Made by a program: the position numbers and the translations under genes
NCBI GenBank assembly: GCA_022813965.1
Contig: JALDZS010000107.1
Location: forward strand, 57,968-77,967
DNA from: Toensbergia leucococca
Taxonomy: Eukaryota
Length of the DNA stretch: 20,000 nt
Reading direction: 5' to 3'
In this document: positions 1-9,911 of the stretch, piece after piece
How positions within the stretch are numbered: position 1 is the first letter of the stretch
Layout of the letters: the number at the start of each line of letters is the position of its first letter
Notes under the pieces: model-generated
Told to the model about the DNA's origin: nothing
The model's database searches: none
Seen by the model: the letters and a program-made list of their open reading frames with translations, nothing else

Positions 1-936
1 CAAAGGGATAGTGCTCGGAGGGCTCTAGGTTTGTAAGTGAGCTTCGGGTACCGAGCTGGGTCGAAAGTCGGCTCGGCGGCTTGGAAGACATCATTTACAG
101 CTGCGTGATAGTTTAGAGCGTGTCTTAGAGGTATAGAGCAGGGCTCAGTACTTACGTGGCGGGACCGGTCGCCTAGTTGTTGGAGCTGAAATTTGTCTGG
201 TGTATTGCGGGATAGAGTCGTCTTGATTTCGACGTCTTGTACCTTCGTCCAATTGCTCTATTGGTGATACTGTCGGATTTGAGATCTGGCTCACAGGATA
301 TGTGTGCTGGTCTCTGATTTCTGGACGCCCTACGTCTTCGCCGCGGATGAACCTTTGGGTATACGAGTCCTCACTTCCGGCTCCTTGTCTCCTCGTACCG
401 AGCAGTTCCTCGTCTCTCGTCAATTGATCGATGGCAAAACGAATGTAGGGAGAATCATCAAGGCCTGGGGTTGGAGGACTGATCTGGCCTTCGGTTGGTC
501 TCCATCTCGTTGGGCTCGATCGTGTTGGACTCCTGGGAGGGATTGGTGGTACACGGTCGTCGTGGTCGTCATTGAACCTGACGCTTGCTGTGAGTGAACT
601 GGGCCCTGACTGTTCAAATCTCTGGGGCCTCGTTGGTGGTCCTGCAAGTTCAGATTGAGACTGCATATGTGACGGGGGAGTGTGATAGCGGGCGATGGTG
701 GTGCGGTCATCAGGGATGGATTCATCGGAAGGGAAAGAATGGTAGTCTTCTGAAACGGCGACAGACTCTTCAGAAGCGGTGTTGAGGAGGATTTGTGGTT
801 TACTAGCTGTCCAATCCCAAACAAATCAGCGTCGCGTTCGAGGTTACAACTTGTTCAATCGGGCGTGGATCGCTTAGAATATGTACATACCATTTACGTA
901 TCTGAGGTTTGCAGGGCCGAGATTCATGTCGGTCAT
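1..936 (-). CDS. DUF3433-like fungal membrane protein, N-terminal part (continues beyond window start)
   Basis: Exons 936-891, 806-156 and 100-<1. Introns 890-807 (GTATGT..GCTGAT..ACAG) and 155-101 (GTAAGT..GCAG) join in frame. Translation: MTDMNLGPANLRYVNASKPQILLNTASEESVAVSEDYHSF...PTPGLDDSPYIRFAIDQLTRDEE...YPKLTYKPRALRALSL. The TPGxDDxPYIRFAIDQLTRDEE and YPxLxY/FxPxxLR motifs are recalled from fungal DUF3433 proteins. The start could also be the ATG at 927. Confidence 0.7.
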
Positions 937-1487
937 ATAGTCGTGGAATGTAAATTTCAGGTGGCATATCCATGATACAAAGCTCACTTCACTTCTATAA
1001 CTACCTTAACAATAAATTGCCTTCGGTCGCGGACCGTGGATCGATGGCTGGCTGCTGAGGGTGGTTGGGATTTGGGCTTTCGCTTCCAACCACCCAATTT
1101 GCATTATCTCTTCAGCTTCAATTTCACTATCAACGTCACCAACCGCAAACACCTTGACCTTCGACGATGATGCCTGGTAGCTTTCGAATTTGTGTCTAAT
1201 GCTGACGACAATGAGAATTTACAACTTCTTGGTGTCTGCGATATGAAGCCATCGCAGTACCGCTTTGGGCCGACTCCGACCTGCCAAAGGCAACCTCTAG
1301 TTGTACACGGGTTCAATCCCCGGATATCCATTACGCCTGGGCGAAACCTACAAGCTGGAAAGGCGAAGGACTTTCGAAAAGCTACAGTGGTTCTTTAAGC
1401 TTGCATGGCTAAGATGGCAAGGTTTCAATCATCCGGAAACACGGTCTCTGCCAATCTACTTATTCTAGCTTGGTTCCACCAAGCTCT

Positions 1488-2247
1488 CTATGCTATCTGA
1501 TAGATCTTCACTGAACACAGGATGGACGAAAGCGTAACAAACGATATAGTGATCCCGAATACAACAGCCGTCTTGGAGAATATTAGCATATACTTGACTT
1601 CTTGGTATTTTCTTCTTACTTTAGCGTTGTCATTCCATCCTTGCCCCTCTGCCAGGGGACTGAATACGTATGACAGGAACCCCGCAAGGAAGCAGATGAC
1701 GGAGTAAGCAAAGCACTGTATAGGACTTTGAAGTGTATATAGCATTAATCTTCTGCAGTGCCATGTCCCTTCCGAGTCCAACCATGCAAGCGTTCTGCGC
1801 ATTTCCTGCCACGTATGGGAAGTGATAGATTCCAACACAAGAACCTGCTGGGCACCTAGAACGAGTCCTACCAGCGAGAGGAGAATGCTCGCATACCAGA
1901 ACGCAGGACCTGTCCAGTGTCGTTCAAAGACTGTACTCCAAGAAAGACTACTAATTACAGAAGTAAACAATAACACTGACTGAGATTGTATAAGCGCAGT
2001 GCAGAGGCGCCTAAGTGTTATCATCTTTATTGATGGAGCTTACGGCAACTTGTACATATTGATTCTCGTTTCTCTTCAGTTCTCTCCATTTCTGGATTCT
2101 AGGCTCAGCCTCTGCTTCATCCTTAGCCTGAGCTATCAAAAGGATTGGAAGCCTGGTGTTGCGCAGGTAAAATTGACGGTAGGGAAGGAAAGCAATCCAA
2201 GCAATTATATTAAAGGCCCTAATAGTGTATCTCTTCACCTGCAACAT
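1488..2247 (-). CDS. Uncharacterized small multi-pass membrane protein (~215 aa)
   Basis: Exons 2247-2044, 1979-1620 and 1571-1488. Introns 2043-1980 (GTAAGC..CTCAG) and 1619-1572 (GTAAGA..GCTAAT..CCAAG) join ORFs 2011..2247 and 1488..2024 in frame. Hydrophobic segments: SVLLFTSVISSLSW, FWYASILLSLVGLVL, CFAYSVICFLAGFLSYVF, TAVVFGITISFVTLSSIL. Confidence 0.7.
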
Positions 2248-3029
2248 GACCGAGGTTGAAGTTAAATGATTTAGCTGCTACGAGAAACTTGCACGGGAGA
2301 GGGAGGGAGCGAGGAAGCCTAACGGTCGTGTACAGGCGTCTAGAATAGCGCATGCTTGGCAACAGAAGGTGACAAAAATCTGCCCCCAGCTCACTCGCCA
2401 TTACTTTGTCCTGGTGATGCACGCTCTTCTCCCACCCTCCAATTCACACACTTCCCTGCACTCAAAGTGTTTAAACGCGCTCGCTCTTACACAGCCCGAT
2501 ATATATGGGCTTCAAAGATGTCCCCCGAGATAATCTCAAAAGGGAGCGGTGTCCCCCTTTTCCCTCCTTCGTTTCTGCTCTCTTCAAGGAAAGAATTACC
2601 ACTCTTATCTCCACCCACTACACTGATTGCCGACCATTATATTTGCTCCTTACGAATAGCCTAGCCGTTCTCTATCATTTATACAAACCCACAGGCCAGA
2701 ATAAGTTCAAAACCTGTAGTACGTAGAATTGATCGAAGCGTAACGGCGAAAATTGCTGCTCTCCCTGCACAAGCAACGTTGCTCCGTAAGTGGTACTATC
2801 GAGTTCTCGAGAAGTGGCCCTCAACACGGGAGGATACTAACCCCAATCGCTCATCACAATCGTTTGCATTATGGTATATAGAGACTATAAGACTTCAGAA
2901 CATTCTTGACACAGGGTGCACTAAAATCGCGCTATCCATGAATCTTCAAGCTCTGACTTAGGCGCTCGACAGAGCCCTACCCTCTGTTCCTCGAGTCGTT
3001 CTGGTAGTGGATAGAATCACTCTATCACA

Positions 3030-5005
3030 CTATGTCGATTGAGCGTTCAGATTGAGAGGTGACACGCACGAGAAGGAGTTTAGCTGCGGGTTCTTGAATG
3101 CAGCGACCATTCTATCAAGTAAGAAGGCAGACCAGGTCAGTAAAGAAGGTCTTGTCGCAGAACAGCAATGAAATTAACTGGGTGGCACTTACCCTACGAT
3201 AGCAGCATACATGCCCAGGCCACACATGGAGAGTGAGGCGAAGAAATATATCACGTGCCACACATTCTGCGCGACCCGCAGTGGGCCACCGCTCACGAAC
3301 CCTCGCATCCAACGCTGCGTCGTTGTCCCGTGTCTTGTCACCTGCCCCGTAATAGGATCGAATCCTTCGCCTTCGCTTTCTCGATGCGCATTGTTCTGCA
3401 TATCGTACCCCACTGCGAAGAGCGGCGGAAGTGTATACGTCAGATTCAGCAAAAACGAGGCGGATATGATGCTGACGAAGCCAAAGTAGTCTGGAATCGC
3501 TGCCGCGATGATGAAGGCGATGATCCACCAGACAGGTACGATGGCGGCGTAATAAATTTTGCCGCGGCGAGTGATGAGAGGCGGTGCATTGAAAATGTCC
3601 ATGAGAATGTTATTATAGAAAACTTTGATACCAATGTTGCCATACAATCCGGCAGCGATGAGAGCGGCGATGAGGGAGATCATGTTGCCAACTGTTTGCC
3701 AGCCGTAAATTGAGATGCCTTGATAGCTGATTCTAAGCGGGAGTGAGCATTTAGCATATCGCAAAGAACGAGACTCAGCGCTAGGAAGGAGGGTCTTGCC
3801 GGGATTGTAAGGGGCTATCTGCTAAATATGCTTAAATTGTTGACTTACTCATAAGAATACTGCCCTTGGAAATGATAGACGTAGCAGCCATAGATCAGGT
3901 AAACACTATAAATGAAGAACTGCGCTCCCCACATGGCTTTCAGGAAATCCCTCGGCCGTCTCATCTCGGCTAGGAACTCGACGAATAGCTGTGCTCCTGC
4001 GTAGGCAAGCACGCCGGATAATAAGCCGTTGATATTTCCCTCGAGGTTCGCAGCAGGAAGGCCCCCGTAGTGGATTATGGGCGGATAATTACCCTGCGCG
4101 TCTGGGGTTATGGAGGTAGGGTCGACGGCCGAGCCTGATGAGCCAAGGACGCTGATTTCGTAGTTTGGAGGACTGTGGGCCATCACACCCATGGTTATGA
4201 AGATAACCAGAAGGTTTAGCCAGACAGCAAAGTTGGCCACAAGGCCGTAATTTCTTAATGTGCGGATCTGTGTCATGAAGAAGCCGGCGATGACGAATAA
4301 CAGGGGACAGATAATGTAGCAGAGGCGAAATTTGGAGACTTGGCTTATGTTCTGGCCGTATTGGATAGTTACTTGGCCGAGAATGAGGAGTAGGCCCAAC
4401 GCTTGCATGATGTTGGTCACATAGCGGGCAGTCGTGCCCCAGGTACGAAAGGCAAGATCGCCATAATTACGGCAAGGGAATTCGTAACTGTCGAGGCCAA
4501 GGTAGGTATGCCAGATCAGATAGCCGGAGTAGCCAGCCATGAAGCCGAAAACTGTGTATAAGGCAATTCCAGGACCCCAGCCAAGGGTACCCATGGCGAA
4601 ACCAACGCCGTATGGACCAAGTATGTCCGTCGTAATGAGGTAAAAGGCGGCGCCCCAAGATGCTGTGCGCATTGCACGACTGGCATTTATCCATTCTTCG
4701 TCGGTGATCTGTAGGCGAGTCTCCTTGTTTGCAAAGTTCTCTTGCGACACTTTCCCGTCATCATGATCAGCATTGATTTGGGGTGCGTCCTTGTTGGTGC
4801 TGCGATTGATAATTTCTCGCCATCGTAGCTTTGGAGATTCGATGGTCTTCTGCTCTTCTCTCGTGCGCTGTGCGTAATATCTGTATTCTTCGAATGTGAC
4901 AGCGGGATCATGGAGCAGGCGCGCTTGAGGCTTGATGTAAGTGCTTTGCACTACTTGTTGCTTATCTGGCGAGCCTGCAAATTCGTATTCATCCTTCTCG
5001 TCCAT
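3030..5005 (-). CDS. Amino acid permease, Aa_trans/AAAP family (Mtr-like neutral amino acid transporter)
   Basis: Exons 5005-3849, 3732-3193 and 3111-3030. Introns 3848-3733 (GTAAGT..GCTAAA..TTAG) and 3192-3112 (GTAAGT..ATAG). Motifs: RTASWGAAFYLITTDILGP, LDSYEFPCRNYGDL, AYAGAQLFVEFLAEMRRPRDFLK, IAAGLYGNIGIKV, C-terminal SFSCVSPL. About 11 hydrophobic segments. Confidence 0.92.
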
Positions 5006-5088
5006 GGTGCTCTGAGGTTTGAGACGCGAAGAAGTCAAGGTTTGTGTCTGTTATGTTTTGTACATTTACAGTTGCAAAAGGATAGAAG

Positions 5089-5864
5089 CTTATCGCTCAT
5101 GGAAGAGAGCAGGTAGAAATAAGTAAGAGGATGAAAGTGAGGGCAGATAATGTAAAAGTACTTTGCATTAGATGAACGCCGATCTTGGCGGGGAAGGCCG
5201 GTGAGCTGTGCTTGAATAACTACCTAATTGAGTCGGGCCCGAATGAAATGCAACGGTTGCGGTCAATACAAAGTCGAGTCATGGCGTGCTGCTCGGTCCC
5301 AAGCTTGTTTCCAAGTGCAAAACAGCGACGACATTTTGCACACCATTGAACAGAGTCATCACTGTAATGGTAGTCTTCAAAGCCTCTCGTCGCTTTCGGC
5401 CGCCGTCTCTACGTAGAGCTGAGGGCAGATGTCACTGTATCAGTTGCCTTATTGCGCCAAGCGTCGATAGAATAGAGCAGTGCTAAAATAGACAGGGATT
5501 TCATATTCCAGGTCTAGCATTGGGAGTCTCCGACTACTCGCCGACTCGGAGTGTGGTGGTGGTGGATTGCTATCAAGTGTCAGCCATATCCGTACTCGTA
5601 CGGATACGAGTACCATGTCCATTGATCCTTGATTGGTTCATTTTGTCATGCGCTTGACGTCGCCGCTTTGTGAGTGATCTTCACCCGGTCCTCGTGCCCG
5701 TATCGCGGAACCATCAAGAGCAGATAGCTGTCGACCGTTGATTAATAGAATATTTGATACAGGAGCGAGACAGCCTAAAATCTCCTAGTCCGTCGATCCC
5801 GAATTCTATTACAATATGAGATCCTGCAGAAGGAATCCACTGGTAAACCGCCAATCAGAGTCAT
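5089..5864 (-). promoter_or_regulatory. Putative permease promoter with Gcn4/CpcA-like, GATA, PacC and CreA motifs
   Basis: ATGACTC on the minus strand three times (5276-5282, 5353-5359, 5858-5864). GATA sites at 5089-5094 and 5145-5150. GCCAAG (5184-5189, minus) overlaps GCGGGG (5188-5193). CCAATCA at 5851. Confidence 0.4.
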
Positions 5865-6439
5865 CACTCCACTACTCCACCTATTTAAATAGTAAAATAG
5901 GTTAATCAAAGATGATCTACCTGCGACACAATCGTTTCTCTGCGACTCCGAAGATATATAGATGACAACTCGGGATGCTGAACCAATGAAACAGAGGAGA
6001 TAGACTCTGCAAGATTCAGCCCCATAGGATACTTACTGCGACTTACAGGACTGAATAGTTTACGTCATATTGACTGCACCCAGCTTCTGATTCTCAAATC
6101 CTACAAATACATTGTGGAGGGTCAAGTGCCACATGTGTTCAAGTTCTTCCTGGATCACTATGCCTGAGTGTTGATATATTCGATCCTCACCATATTGCCG
6201 CCTTGCATTATAACAAGCTTTTCCGGCCAACATACCTAGGTAGAGAGAAATACAAATGCATCTGAACCATCTCGAGAAGCACTAGTGCCACAGCTAAAAT
6301 TCTCGAAGACTCGACAGCAGATCAACAACAGCTGTAGCAGCCACCCGTTGTGGGTGCATCGAGTAGGATTGAAAGTTGTAGCACCATCCACAGTGGCAAT
6401 ATTCGGATCCATGGTGAACAATATACAATCAAAGACTCC

Positions 6440-7247
6440 ATGCCCAAAGGACTAGTCGAAACGAACCCAATCATAGAGGAAAGGTGCATACGCTTTAAAT
6501 GAAGGCCAGTCCTACATTTACAAACCGCGCCCGACAACACCCCCTTTATCAAAGCCGCAAAGACGGGAGGTTCTAGTATGCTGGACACTGGGCTATTGAA
6601 GTTTGTAATTACACATAGGAGTTGGCGCAGGAAAATCACCGAATCCAAGTAGGCGAAAATAACGGTCCCATGGAATGGATAGACCCCATCGTGTAAAAGA
6701 ACAATGGTCAAGAAATTGACAGAAAGCCGAGCAATGCGAGCACGAAAATGAGCGGCATGACCACCAAGACTGATATCGAGATCGATTTGCACGAAAAGTC
6801 ATCCACAACATGCAACGGGGCGAGCTGAGTATGAAAGATCGGATCCTCAAATCGAACTTTGAAAGTCAAGTCAAGGCAGCCACGGCAATCTTCGGTAAAC
6901 AGCTGGTCAATACTAATCAAGGAATTCAAGGGAAAATATACGCAGGAATTTTCAATGCAATGCGCGGTAAGAGCTCTGCGGATGAGCAGGATGAGACTCA
7001 ACGGTACATGTACGACATCTTTTTCAGAAACTGCCACGCTTTCTGTGACCAGCTCGCTCTGCAAATTTATCCGTTCAAGCTCACATTGAAGTTGTTCTTT
7101 CTTCGAAAAGCAAGTGCACGCAATTTACTGTTCAGTGCCATAGCCTTGAATGTACGACCGCCTAGACTTCAAGACGTACTACGAAACAACCAACAGATGA
7201 TGAATCTTCAAAACACGCAGCAAATGACCATGTTGCAAAATATGTAA
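6440..7247 (+). pseudogene. Disrupted PPPDE/LRAT-like (permuted NlpC/P60) thiol peptidase gene
   Basis: Read across three frames: MPKGLVETNPIIEERCIRFK*RPV...GGSSML / GHWAIEVCNYT*ELAQ...PMEWIDPIV*...GMTTKTDIEI / RFARKVIHNMQ...YMYDIFFRNCHAFCDQLALQI. Stops at 6500 (TGA), 6616 (TAG) and 6694 (TAA). Frameshifts near 6583 and 6785. The His motif (6586) precedes the NC motif (Cys at 7032). Confidence 0.6.
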
Positions 7248-8745
7248 TCACTGACTTGAATACGTTTTCATGCTAGTTTAAGCATGAATACTAGCTCAAC
7301 AAGATGATATATAAATAAGAATTCTCCATGTCTGCAAAGCACGAGACTGAGGCTCAGAAAACAATGACGCCGGCCGTCGAAGTAGCACCTGCATCTAGAG
7401 GAGCTCTCAAATCACAAACATGGTACAGTACGGTTTTTCCAGATACCAATTGGCAGTGGGTTTCAATTTGAAGTCGAGATGACACTCATCACTCTAGCGA
7501 CGCACTTTACAACCCGTAGATACTTGTAGATGATCTTTCCAGGCAGAATGTTGTACCATTTTCTCTGGATAGGCGTCGAGTACATTGTGCTATGTCAATC
7601 ACCTCTCACATTACCATCTCCTGCAAGCACAAAGATATGAGATCAATTGTGTGTACATGTTAGTCAGAAAAATCCTTCTCTTGCCTATCAGTGATTGTCG
7701 AGGTAGAATCATCTCATGAAGCTGTATCGCAAGACTCGGAAATAGAGCGTTGGAAAAGGTCTTGATTGAAAACCATGAGAAGGAGGTGCTGATTCAACTT
7801 CATTTTCATCCAGGTTCAATTTTTCGTTCTCCAAGGAGCAGATGAATACTCTTACCGTCTAGAAACAGTCTCAGATGTTGTTGATCGTAACTACTACCCC
7901 CAACTCCTATGTCGAAAGCCTCTTTAAAGAGCCGATATTGGAAGTGCCTTGGACCCGAGGACCTGTAAAAGGCTGCAGCAATGAGCTGAAATGCGCCCAA
8001 CAAACCATCCCAGAGACGATCCGCTCACGTGAGTCCTTTGACTTTCATTGCGCGAGGACCTCCAAATAAATCAACGTAGTGGCCGTGGCAACTTTCAATA
8101 TGACACTGATCATGTTCATCTTACTTCCAGCGGGCACCAGATGGATCCCTATACGCGAACAATGGCTGCACTTGCTCACTCCACTTAGTATGACAGAGAC
8201 GTGACACTCATGGACAATGCAACGACGTCAATCAGAAAGCTGTCAGACTAAGCTTCATCTCACTAGTAAATGAAGAAAGTAGCTTGATAGTGCTGAACAT
8301 AGAAAGCATGAATCTTAGGACGAAATTTCTTTGAATCAAGTTGGGGGAAAGGCAGAACCAATTGCATATGTAGCTTACAGATAAAAGAGTAGGAAAGAAT
8401 CCGATAGGTATAAAGAAACTTCTTCGATTCATATCCGCCTCCTACACTAGTAATTTTAGGAGCAACGCTGAGGGACGAGATTGAAATTACACTCAGCGAT
8501 GAATGAAGCCTGTGGAAAGGGATGATAATTGTGGCGTTAGTGAGCTCTTCCCCAAAGTTATCATCCGACTATGTTTCACCCTGTTAATGCTAGCAAGACA
8601 TAGTCTTCAGTGCATGTTGCTCCTTTAGACTAGACAAACGTCGAGTCTAGAGTCATCTCAGACCTCGAATTTTGGAACGCTTTATGCATCTCAAGTACAT
8701 TTCCATCTTGAAAGATGTCACTCCTACTGTCATGCAACGCCGGAA

Positions 8746-9148
8746 TCACCTTTCCCCAATGCTTGCCATAACTGCACCCTCAGCCAATCTAGTCATCGTT
8801 TCAGGACTCAGAATATCTTGTCTGAAGCGCTCCTGCTGCAATAATTCCAGCGCCTTCAGCGTAGGGCCTGGATATGACAGAAACTTGGTATACTCGGGGT
8901 TTTTGAAATATTGAAGGTACTTAAGATAGAGTATAAAGCTTGGATCCTGAAGGAGTTTTTGAGATGCGAGGTGATTCAGGTAGAAAGGATTGGCAAGAGA
9001 CTGAACAAACTGGCCAAGGGTAAGCCAGGTAGGTTTCTGGGAAGCAGGAGACGGGCAGACGTACTTCTAGTTCCAATTCGAATCGAGTGTAGCCAAAGTG
9101 GAGAGGTTCCTCATCAGCATTCAAGGTTTCTGTAGCTTCTGCGTCCAT
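8746..9148 (-). CDS. MED31: Mediator of RNA polymerase II transcription subunit 31 (Soh1), 115 aa
   Basis: Exons 9148-9065 and 9009-8746; intron 9064-9010 (GTACGT..CCAG). Translation contains the SOH1 signature: [71 protein letters not shown]. Confidence 0.96.
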
Positions 9149-9911
9149 GGTCGACTTCTTTGAGAAGTAATAAAAAGGCTTTGAAAGACAGCCAACGGTG
9201 ATGTTCTTGGCGGGGTAGGCTCCAGTTGTGGACGGAGTAACGTTCCGTCAATTTTCTAATTACTCACTTGACTGATGACACGTTGTGCGGAGGGCGTTAA
9301 CAGAGCCAAGAGGATAGTAAGCACATGGACTTGGAGTCGTTTTAAGACAGTGTTTCATTGGTGGTGTAAATGCATAATTGATTGGCCAAATGAGATTTCA
9401 GTATGTCCTCTCGTATCAATAGTGAGCCATATGACTGCATCGGTCCTTCCCAATTGCGACAATCTAGTACTGGCCAAGACGATAGGTAAGGTAAAAGTGG
9501 AACTTGGAAGGTGGGCCAAGGTACCAAAATATGCTCATGCATACGACTAAATCTACCTTAGATGACGGCCCCATATTCTAGAATAGCCCCTGGAATGAAA
9601 GGTCAAGGAGCCCCGCCCCTACTTTAACAGGCCCCCTGTCCTCTGTATGTGTCAAAGTACCTCACTTATGGCAAAAATATCTTTCCTTCTGCAGTACATG
9701 ATGTGAACGTCATCTAGATACGGATAGATTATCGAGTATTAAAGCCCAACCCAAAATTATCTCTCTTATCCGCTTGAGACACCACTCACACCACTCTGTC
9801 AGCGGTCGCTTAAATAGACTCCTCGGTCGTTCCGACCTTCACTTTGGCATTCCTGACCAGGAACCATAAACATATAGGTGCCATTGCATTGAGACCAAGG
9901 CTGCCCCGAGA

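Noticed and set aside
6500..6696. Premature stops rescued by A-to-I mRNA editing, with TAD1 nearby
   Set aside because: Two frameshifts cannot be fixed by editing. Tad1 is a tRNA A37 enzyme; fungal mRNA editing is attributed to Tad2/Tad3. The proximity is likely coincidental.
6322..7064. Minus-strand ORFs of 156, 85 and 118 aa
   Set aside because: They lie antisense to the peptidase-like relic and show no recognisable motifs.
7267..7288. 8-bp hairpin TTCATGCT/AGCATGAA after the pseudogene stop
   Set aside because: Short enough to arise by chance; bacterial-type terminators are not relevant in a fungal genome.
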